The notes under the pieces were generated by a model, which had not been told where the DNA came from, made no database searches, and saw only the letters and a list, made by a program, of their open reading frames with translations. Made by a program: the position numbers and the translations under genes. Shown piece by piece: positions 1 through 6,985 of a DNA stretch of 20,922 nt (within the stretch, counting starts at the first letter, position 1; every line of letters begins with the position of its first letter). The stretch lies in assembly GCA_038209745.1 (NCBI GenBank), contig JBBQXJ010000082.1:1-20922 (forward strand), given 5' to 3'. The stretch is from Verrucomicrobiota bacterium. Lineage in GTDB: Bacteria; Verrucomicrobiota; Verrucomicrobiia; Limisphaerales; CANJSG01.

Positions 1-1
1 G

Positions 2-1084
2 ATCCTGATCCATGACGACGACGCCGTGACCCATCGGATCGGCGACATGTATAAGCTGCTTTCAAGGAACCGGAATGTCGTGGGCGCGGTGGCGCCGTGT
101 GTCCGGGGGGTCCGGGAGATGGCGAAGTTCGCCACGGAAATTCGGGCGCACGAGTATAAGCTGCGCCGGGGCAGTTCCCCCCAGAGCTCCTCCTTCCCCT
201 CGGTGTTCGACAAGGACGGGTTCCTCAACTTCAACGTCCTCTTCGCCTTCGGCGGCTCCCGCATCCCGAAGACCTGTTCTCTGCTGCTTCATCCGCGGGC
301 GATCGACGACCTCACCTCCGACCAGGGCGAGGTGTTCCACGTCTGGCGGAAAGGCTCCTTCGAGGACATGTGTTGCAGCATCGGCCTGGCCTGCTCGAAC
401 TGGGACATCTACGAGTGCGACATCGCGCGGGCCTACGACCAGGTGCGGAGCAACCAGGAGGCGCGCCTGCGCCAACAGTTCGGCTGGGCCTACGACCACG
501 CGACGGCGTTCTACGACTTTTCGGAGGTGTCCAAGCTGCTGCCGGCGCCGGTGGTGCATCCGGGCGTCTCGGTGCTGGTCCCTCTGCCCAAGGAGGAGCG
601 AACCCCGACGGAAGGCTGGGCCCTCCAGAGCTTTTCGCAGTTGACCGGGTTTCCCGGACTCCAGGCCAGCATCGTCCGTCCCGAGGAGGCGCGGGAGAAC
701 CTGTTGTTCGTCCGCGAGCAGTTGACGTCGGACAGGATGGCGAGGGCATTCGAAGAGAAGCATGCTTACGCCATCGAAGGCTGTTTCGAAACGTTGGAAA
801 ATCTCTTGGCGACGGTCGAGTTGTCGCTCGCGGTCGTGGGACAGGTGTTGGCCCAAACCGACAAGGGGCGGGTCAGGACGGTCGAGGTCCCGTTCGTCGA
901 CCACGCGAAGATCTACGGTGCTTCGGGCGATCTTGGCAAACACGCCGACGCTCTGCGCTATGAGCGGGACACCCGGGTGGCCCGGCTCTTGGGCAACCTC
1001 GGTTCAATGTTCCGGAACTCCGCGAACGACTTCCTGAACGGCCGCGTCCGGTGCGTCGTTTTCGGGCCGAGACAGGCGACATAG
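2..1084 (+). CDS. 5'-truncated hypothetical protein with GT-A fold / glycosyltransferase family 2-like motifs and a C-terminal extension
   Basis: The frame of ORF 26..1084 stays open to the window edge (ILIHDDDAVTHR...). The motif order LIHDDD, VVGAVAP, CSLLL, GSFEDMCCSIGL..WDIY resembles the GT2 DxD / VGAV.P / ED motif series. Confidence 0.55.
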   Translation: MLIHDDDAVTHRIGDMYKLLSRNRNVVGAVAPCVRGVREMAKFATEIRAHEYKLRRGSSPQSSSFPSVFDKDGFLNFNVLFAFGGSRIPKTCSLLLHPRAIDDLTSDQGEVFHVWRKGSFEDMCCSIGLACSNWDIYECDIARAYDQVRSNQEARLRQQFGWAYDHATAFYDFSEVSKLLPAPVVHPGVSVLVPLPKEERTPTEGWALQSFSQLTGFPGLQASIVRPEEARENLLFVREQLTSDRMARAFEEKHAYAIEGCFETLENLLATVELSLAVVGQVLAQTDKGRVRTVEVPFVDHAKIYGASGDLGKHADALRYERDTRVARLLGNLGSMFRNSANDFLNGRVRCVVFGPRQAT

Positions 1085-1148
1085 CGGCTTCGTCCGCCCT
1101 GAAGCACGCCCGCTTGCGCATCGTGCGACATTGCCCAAATTTGCCGTC

Positions 1149-1934
1149 GTGCAACGACTTGGCCGCAACCTCGGACGCTACCATGGCGAAGGCATCGACA
1201 TCGCCGCCGTGCTGGGACGGATCGTGGCGGCGGCCGAAAGGGGTGGATGGACTGTCGAACCATTCAGTCGGCAGGGGCGGGCGGATGGCGCCGAGGTGTC
1301 GGCGATGTTCGCGCTCAAGCGGGTGTCGGGCGCGCCGCAACGACGGATCTACCTTTCGACAGGAATACATGGCGACGAGCCGGCCGGGCCCTTGGCGGTG
1401 GAGCGGTTGCTGGCCGAGAACCGTTGGCCGGGGGACGTGGCTCTGACGGTGTGCCCGTGTCTGAATCCGACGGGTTTCACCCTGAACTCGCGAGAAAACT
1501 TCTCCGGCATTGATCTCAACCGGGACTATCTGCGGCCTGTTTCCCCCGAAGTTCGCAGCCACGTGGCTTGGCTGGAGAACCAGCCGGAATTCGATCTGAC
1601 GCTTTGCCTGCACGAGGACTGGGAGGCGCACGGGTTCTATCTCTACGAGTTGAACCCGGACCAGAAGCCGTCGCTGGCCGCGCGCATGGTCGCCGCCGCT
1701 GCGGAGAGTTGTCCCGTCGACGATTCACCCGAAATCGACGGACGGCCGACGGTGGCGCCGGGAATCGTCCGCCCCGTCATCGACCTCGCTGCGCGGATCG
1801 ATTGGCCGGAGGCGTTCTATCTCCTGCAGCACAAGACGCGGCAGAGCTACACGCTGGAAGCGCCGTCGGATTGGCCTCTGCACGTGCGGGTCGAGGTGTT
1901 GGTGAGGGCGGTCCGGGCAGCGCTGGAAGGGTGA
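1149..1934 (+). CDS. M14 family zinc metallopeptidase (succinylglutamate desuccinylase / MpaA-like)
   Basis: Motifs TGIHGDEPAG (HxxE), LNPTG, RENFSGIDLNRDY, LCLHED and YTLEAP. The start is uncertain (TTG 1131 or GTG 1149). Confidence 0.88.
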   Translation: MQRLGRNLGRYHGEGIDIAAVLGRIVAAAERGGWTVEPFSRQGRADGAEVSAMFALKRVSGAPQRRIYLSTGIHGDEPAGPLAVERLLAENRWPGDVALTVCPCLNPTGFTLNSRENFSGIDLNRDYLRPVSPEVRSHVAWLENQPEFDLTLCLHEDWEAHGFYLYELNPDQKPSLAARMVAAAAESCPVDDSPEIDGRPTVAPGIVRPVIDLAARIDWPEAFYLLQHKTRQSYTLEAPSDWPLHVRVEVLVRAVRAALEG

Positions 1935-1953
1935 TGAACGGAAGGACGGCCCT

Positions 1954-2133
1954 TCAACCGGCCTGCACGTCCACGCTGACCACTTCACCGTCCTCACATT
2001 CGGCCACGACCTCGAACGGGCGACAGCACACTTCACAGTCGGTGGTGAACCGCTGGAAGCGCAGAGACACCTCGATCGGCACCTCACACTCCTGACCGCA
2101 GAAAGGGCACTGGATGGATTCCGTGTCGCGCAT
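1954..2133 (-). CDS. CPXCG-motif cysteine-rich small protein (59 aa, putative metal-binding)
   Basis: Hand translation: MRDTESIQCPFCGQECEVPIEVSLRFQRFTTDCEVCCRPFEVVAECEDGEVVSVDVQAG*. It has CPFCG and DCEVCCRP motifs and starts 7 nt after the DUF1080 stop. Confidence 0.88.
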   Translation of the reverse strand: MRDTESIQCPFCGQECEVPIEVSLRFQRFTTDCEVCCRPFEVVAECEDGEVVSVDVQAG

Positions 2134-2140
2134 GGCAGTG

Positions 2141-2800
2141 TCACCGGACGTTCAGGGGCGGCCGTTCGTCCAGGGTGATTCTCCGAAATGACACCCGGGC
2201 CGGACCACCGCCGTGGATCTGCAGGGCGATACGGCCCGATTGGGGAATGGCCGGGTCCGGCTCGATGTAGTCGACGCCGGCGATCCCGTTGAGCCATGTC
2301 TGGATATGGCCGTTCACGGCCTTCACCTCGTAGGTGTTCCAGTCATTGCGACGTAGGACGGGACCGATTGTGGCCATCTCCGAAGGAGCGAGCGTTTTGT
2401 TGCGGCGGGACTCGTCGTAGAGGGATCCCCACCAGTTGGGATCGCCAAGATCCGCCTGATAGCCCGCCATCTCGCTGTCCCCGGGCACCCGCTGGCTGTG
2501 GAACTGGACGCCGGAATTGACCATCCCTTTTGCGGTGTCGCCCTCCAGTTTGAACTCCAGCCGGAGGACGAAGTTGGTGTAGTTCCGTTCCGTGGCCAGA
2601 AACTCGTTCCGAGGAACCTTGGTCAGAAGGGACCCCCCAACAATGGCATCGTCGGCGAGACTCCAAGTCTGGGCCGTATCACCTTCCCAACCGGCGAACG
2701 TCCTGCCGTCCCAAAGCGCGATCGCCTTCGCGGTGGGTGACTTGCAGCCCGCGCCGAAGAAAATGGCCAGCGTGACGAAGGATGTGCCGAGACGGGACAT
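2141..2800 (-). CDS. DUF1080 / 3-keto-disaccharide hydrolase family protein, probable lipoprotein
   Basis: Motifs LWDGRTFAGW, NFVLRLEFK, NSGVQF, GYQADLG, GSLYDE, WNTYEV, SGRIALQIHGG and FRRI. A signal peptide ending in GAGC follows the ATG at 2800. Confidence 0.88.
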   Translation of the reverse strand: MSRLGTSFVTLAIFFGAGCKSPTAKAIALWDGRTFAGWEGDTAQTWSLADDAIVGGSLLTKVPRNEFLATERNYTNFVLRLEFKLEGDTAKGMVNSGVQFHSQRVPGDSEMAGYQADLGDPNWWGSLYDESRRNKTLAPSEMATIGPVLRRNDWNTYEVKAVNGHIQTWLNGIAGVDYIEPDPAIPQSGRIALQIHGGGPARVSFRRITLDERPPLNVR

Positions 2801-2949
2801 GGCACTTTGGTAACTCGGTTGGAATCGCAGCACAATCCGGAAAAAGGAGTGTGCGGGCACCTTGCCCTTCCGGGTTGTGAAAACCTCCCGGATCGGTTCT
2901 GTGTCCCGTTTTGCGCACCTTGCCGGGTCAAATGGAGCCAACGAAAATC

Positions 2950-2978
2950 TTTACACTCGACCTGTCAGTCCCTAGTTT
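2950..2978 (+). promoter_or_regulatory. Putative sigma70 promoter of rpsO
   Basis: TTTACA (2950-2955), 17-nt spacer, TAGTTT (2973-2978), ending 26 nt upstream of the rpsO ATG. Confidence 0.6.
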
Positions 2979-3004
2979 GCCCGACCTAACTGAAACAGTT
3001 TGCT

Positions 3005-3262
3005 ATGGAAACTAAGGAAAAAACGATAGAGGGCTTTCGACTGCACGAGAAGGACACAGGGTCCGCCGACGTGCAGATCGCGCTTCTGACAGAGCGCATC
3101 AACCACCTCACCGGTCATCTTCAGAACAACAAGAAGGACCACCACTCCCGTCGTGGACTTTTGATGATGGTCGCCCAGCGCCGCCGTCTTCTGGACTATG
3201 TCCACAAGCACGATGTGGTTCGCTATCAGGATCTGCTGAAGAAGCTCGGCCTCCGTCGCTAG
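3005..3262 (+). CDS. rpsO: 30S ribosomal protein S15
   Basis: [46 protein letters not shown]...LGLRR; lies directly upstream of pnp. Confidence 0.98.
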   Translation: METKEKTIEGFRLHEKDTGSADVQIALLTERINHLTGHLQNNKKDHHSRRGLLMMVAQRRRLLDYVHKHDVVRYQDLLKKLGLRR

Positions 3263-3279
3263 TCCATTTTCAGTCGTGT

Positions 3280-3318
3280 CGCTCCGGATGAAACCCATCC
3301 GGAGCGCTCTCTTTTTTT
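3280..3318 (+). terminator. Intrinsic terminator-like hairpin after rpsO
   Basis: Perfect 11-bp stem CGCTCCGGATG/CATCCGGAGCG with loop AAACC, followed by CTCTCTTTTTTT. Confidence 0.75.
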
Positions 3319-3393
3319 CGTTCCTGCGGAGCCGGATGGCGCGGTCGGTTCTGCGGGTCTTTTAAGGCGCGCCACTGCCAATACCATGCCTTT

Positions 3394-3469
3394 TCCGGCT
3401 GTCTGGGTAATTTCAATCAGCTCATTTCCAAGTTCGGAGATGGGTTGATTGAAGTTTCTCGGGGCCGGA
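3394..3469 (+). promoter_or_regulatory. Long stem-loop in the pnp 5' leader (candidate RNase III processing site)
   Basis: TTCAATCAGCTCATTTCC (3412-3429) pairs with GGAGATGGGTTGATTGAA (3436-3453), 18 bp including G.U pairs. Irregular pairing extends to TCCGGC (3394-3399) / GCCGGA (3464-3469). Confidence 0.6.
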
Positions 3470-3487
3470 CTGGGCTGTTTTCAATTC

Positions 3488-5677
3488 ATGAACACAACCA
3501 CTGCTCTCGCCAATGTCGGCGGGGCCTCCATCGAGATTTCGACCGGCAAATACGCCAAACAGGCCGACGGTGCCGTCACCGTTCGTCTCGGTGAGACCAT
3601 CATCGTCGTCGCGGCCGTTGCCGCCATCAAGGCCAAGCCCGGCCAGGAGTTTTTCCCCCTCACCGTCGACTACCGTGAAAAGGCGGCCGCAGCCGGCCGT
3701 TTCCCGGGCGGCTACTTCAAGCGCGAAGGCCGTCCGACCGAGAAGGAAATCCTCACCTGTCGCCTGACCGATCGCCCCATCCGCCCGCTCTTCCCCAAGG
3801 GCTGGTTCAACGAGGTCCAGGTCCAGACCATCCTCCTGAGCGCCGACGGCGAGAATGATCCCGACATCCTGAGCATCGTCGGCGCTTCCGCCGCCCTGCA
3901 CGTCAGCGACATCCCTTGGGCCGGCCCTCTTGGCGCCGTCCGTGTCGGTCGTGTCGGTGGAGAATTCGTCGCCAACCCCACCCATCTCCAGCAGAAGGAG
4001 AGCGATCTTGACCTCGTCTACGTCGGCAGCGAGACCGATCTGGTCATGTTCGAAGGCGCCGCCAACGAGATCACCGAGGCTGATTTCGCCGCTGCCCTCA
4101 AGTTCGGCCAGCAAGCCATCCAGCCGCTGATCGCCGCCCAGAAGGAGCTCCGCGAAAAGGCCGGCAAACCCAAGCGCGAGATCACCGTGAACATCGTTCC
4201 GGAAGAAGTGCTCAAGGAAGCCAAGAGCCTCGCCGGCGACCGTATCCTCGCCGCGTTGCTCACCCCCGGTAAGCTCGCCCGCGAATCCGCCGTTAAGGCG
4301 CTCTTCGACGAGGTCGGAGCCAAGCTCGTGGAGAAGTTCGGCGCCGAGAAGGTCACCGACTACGTCCTCAAGGACGCCGCCTACTACATCCAGAAAGAGT
4401 CCGTCCGCGGCCTCGTTCTCGACCAGGGCAAGCGCCTCGATGGCCGCTCCCTCGATCAGGTCCGCGCGATCTCCGGCGAGGTCGGCATTCTTCCCCGCGT
4501 CCACGGGTCGGCGGTCTTTACCCGGGGCGAAACCCAGGCGATGACCCTTGCCACCCTCGGCACGTCCGACGACAGCCAGAATTTCGACTCCTACACCGGC
4601 GGCGAAAACCAGAAGAAGTTCCTCCTGCACTACAACTTCCCGAACTTCTCCGTTGGCGAGACCGGCCGCATCATGGGACCTGGACGTCGCGAGATCGGCC
4701 ATGGTGCGCTCGCCGAGCGTTCCGTCCGTCCGATGCTCCCGCTCGAGACCTACCCCTACACCGTCCGCATCGTCTCCGAAATCTTGGAGTCCAACGGCTC
4801 CACCTCGATGGCTTCCGTCTGCGGCGCATCCTTGGCCTTGATGGACGCCGGTGTCCCGATGAAGAGCGCCGTCGCCGGCATCAGCGTCGGAGTTTGCACC
4901 GGCTTCGACGCCGCCGGTAAGCCGAACCGCTACGAGCTCCTCACCGACATCATCGGCTGGGAAGACGCCTTCTGCGACATGGATTGCAAGATTGCCGGCA
5001 GCGCGGCCGGCATCACCGGCTTCCAGCTCGACCTCAAGCTCAAGGGCATCCCCATCGACCTGATGGAAAAGGCCCTCGCCAAGGCCCACACCGCCCGTCT
5101 CTTCATTCTCGACGAGATGGCCAAGGTCCTCGCCGCCCCCCGCGCCGAGATGAGCAAGTATGCCCCGCGCATCGTCCAGATTAAGATCAACCCCGAGAAG
5201 ATCGGCGCCCTGATCGGACCCGGCGGCAAGAACATCAAGCGGATCGTCGAAGAGTCCGGTTGCGAGATCAACATCGAGGACGACGGCACGGTCAACATCT
5301 ACTCCGTCTCCCCCGAGGGCATGCAGATCGCCCGCAACGCCGTCGAAGGCATGACCGCCGAAGCCGAGATCGGCCGCGTCTATCGTGGCCGCGTCGTCAC
5401 GCTGAAGGAATTCGGCTGCTTCGTGGAATTCCTCCCCGGCAAGGACGGACTCGTCCACATCAGCGAGCTCGCCAACTTCCGCGTCAAGAACACGGAAGAC
5501 ATCGTCAAGGTCGGCGACGAGATCTGGGTCAAGTGCCTCGGTGTCGATGAAAAGGGCCGCGTCCGCCTCAGCCGTCGCGCCGCGATGGAAGACAAGGAAA
5601 AGGAAATGGCCGCCGCGACCGGCGACGCTCCCGCCTCTGCCACGGAGCCCGCTCCGGAACCGGCTCCCGAAGCCTGA
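3488..5677 (+). CDS. pnp: Polyribonucleotide nucleotidyltransferase (PNPase)
   Basis: [68 protein letters not shown] and [13 protein letters not shown], plus KH (IGPGGKNIK) and S1 (DGLVHISEL) domains. Confidence 0.98.
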   Translation: MNTTTALANVGGASIEISTGKYAKQADGAVTVRLGETIIVVAAVAAIKAKPGQEFFPLTVDYREKAAAAGRFPGGYFKREGRPTEKEILTCRLTDRPIRPLFPKGWFNEVQVQTILLSADGENDPDILSIVGASAALHVSDIPWAGPLGAVRVGRVGGEFVANPTHLQQKESDLDLVYVGSETDLVMFEGAANEITEADFAAALKFGQQAIQPLIAAQKELREKAGKPKREITVNIVPEEVLKEAKSLAGDRILAALLTPGKLARESAVKALFDEVGAKLVEKFGAEKVTDYVLKDAAYYIQKESVRGLVLDQGKRLDGRSLDQVRAISGEVGILPRVHGSAVFTRGETQAMTLATLGTSDDSQNFDSYTGGENQKKFLLHYNFPNFSVGETGRIMGPGRREIGHGALAERSVRPMLPLETYPYTVRIVSEILESNGSTSMASVCGASLALMDAGVPMKSAVAGISVGVCTGFDAAGKPNRYELLTDIIGWEDAFCDMDCKIAGSAAGITGFQLDLKLKGIPIDLMEKALAKAHTARLFILDEMAKVLAAPRAEMSKYAPRIVQIKINPEKIGALIGPGGKNIKRIVEESGCEINIEDDGTVNIYSVSPEGMQIARNAVEGMTAEAEIGRVYRGRVVTLKEFGCFVEFLPGKDGLVHISELANFRVKNTEDIVKVGDEIWVKCLGVDEKGRVRLSRRAAMEDKEKEMAAATGDAPASATEPAPEPAPEA

Positions 5678-5700
5678 TCCGGTCCACAGTTTGAACACGA

Positions 5701-5732
5701 AGCGGCCCCGGTTCTCCGGGGCCGCTTTTTTT
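5701..5732 (+). terminator. Intrinsic terminator after pnp
   Basis: Stem AGCGGCCCCGG, loop TTCT, CCGGGGCCGCT, followed by a T-tract. Confidence 0.9.
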
Positions 5733-5780
5733 GTGGTTACGAAACAGGCGGCACGATGGATCGCCTCCCCTTGGCGGCTC

Positions 5781-6347
5781 CTAAACCGATGCCGTCCCGG
5801 TGTCGCTTCGGTCGGGGTCGAAGCACTTGATCATCCGGACCACGGCGAGCGTGAGACCGCCGGCAAGGGGAACCTCGTAGCGCTCGGCCACCGTGTAGCC
5901 GAAAGACGCATAGAGAGGTTCGCCCGCGAGCGTGGCGACCAGCATGGCGTCACGGAAGCCGGCCGCACAGAGCGCGGATTCGCAGGCGGAGAGAATGGAG
6001 CGGCCGATCCCGCGACGCGCCCAATCTGGATGGACGAAGAAGGCGCGGATGCGGGCGGGTTCATGCGCTGGATCGAGCAGGTCGTCCTCGCCGTCGCGTT
6101 CGCGATCTCCGCCAAAGACGGCGCGATGGCGGCTCCAGCCCCCGCATCCGACGATCTGGCCGGAATGCTCGGCGACAAAGTAGGTGCCGTCGCTGATCAG
6201 CCGGCGGTCCAAACCGAAGACGGGTCCGATCGCCGCCTCCATCTGCGCCGCCGAGTAGAACGGGGCTTGGAGGGTGCGGACAGAAAGCGGAATGAGCTGC
6301 TCCAGAGCCGGGATGTCAACGTCGACTGCGAGCCGGATCGATAACAC
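5781..6347 (-). CDS. GNAT family N-acetyltransferase
   Basis: TYFVAE..GQIVGCGGW, ARIRAFFVHPDWARRGIGRSIL (acetyl-CoA motif A), and ATLAGEPLYASFGY. Confidence 0.9.
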   Translation of the reverse strand: MLSIRLAVDVDIPALEQLIPLSVRTLQAPFYSAAQMEAAIGPVFGLDRRLISDGTYFVAEHSGQIVGCGGWSRHRAVFGGDRERDGEDDLLDPAHEPARIRAFFVHPDWARRGIGRSILSACESALCAAGFRDAMLVATLAGEPLYASFGYTVAERYEVPLAGGLTLAVVRMIKCFDPDRSDTGTASV

Positions 6348-6393
6348 GAAATCAAACGGGAATGTGCGCTACAGCACAAGGGTGGCTGTTTTC

Positions 6394-6813
6394 TCAGGAG
6401 GTGCGAGTGATGCCATTGAAAGTATCGTGTATCACCTGATGGCGTGCGTAAACCTCGCCGTTCTCCATCGCGGCAAACTTTGTCAAAGCATCGACGGAAT
6501 CTCCCATCTTCTTTCGGTCTGCCGCAGAAAGTTCATGGCGGATCTTGGTGAACTCGGACTTGAGCTTCGGGGCATTCGTGATGAAAAGCGAAACCCATGC
6601 CGCCATAGCATCCGGCATGGCAATGTGGGTCTGGAAGTCGATAGCCAATCTGATGAACTCGTCTCGCCTTTGCCGTTTCGATTGAATCTCGTCAAGCTGG
6701 CGTTTGTGCGCCTCAGATTTTCGGCCTGCGCGACACCCGAGCCAGTAACTCAATGGAAATCCGAGCATGGACACTAGGAGGGAGGCCACGGCGATCTGAT
6801 CGCTGGTGTTCAT
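6394..6813 (-). CDS. Hypothetical protein with an N-terminal membrane anchor (139 aa)
   Basis: ATG start, hydrophobic N-terminus (IAVASLLVSMLGFPLSYWLG) followed by a charged helical region. GC is about 52% by hand count over 6421-6660. Confidence 0.65.
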   Translation of the reverse strand: MNTSDQIAVASLLVSMLGFPLSYWLGCRAGRKSEAHKRQLDEIQSKRQRRDEFIRLAIDFQTHIAMPDAMAAWVSLFITNAPKLKSEFTKIRHELSAADRKKMGDSVDALTKFAAMENGEVYARHQVIHDTFNGITRTS

Positions 6814-6985
6814 AATTAGATCCTGCTGCTTTTCGGCCTGCCGCTCCAGTTGAAGATTACGGCCTCGCGCGCATCAAACATCCGGTTATCCGGCAACGCT
6901 CAGGCCAACTTCATTTGGGAGGCAAAATTCCATTGTCCGAATTGCGGTGTTGTTCGATGAGCCCGTGCTTTGGTGTCTGACGTTT

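Noticed and set aside
2801..2941. N-terminal extension of the DUF1080 ORF
   Set aside because: The signal peptide and lipobox fit a start at 2800; the extension lies in the divergent promoter region.
3422..5698. 758-aa minus-strand ORF
   Set aside because: It is the antisense shadow of pnp, expected from strongly biased high-GC codon usage, and has no recognisable motifs.
6348..6985. Possible integron cassette (attC) around the low-GC orphan
   Set aside because: No RYYYAAC...GTTRRRY bounded palindrome was found next to the gene.
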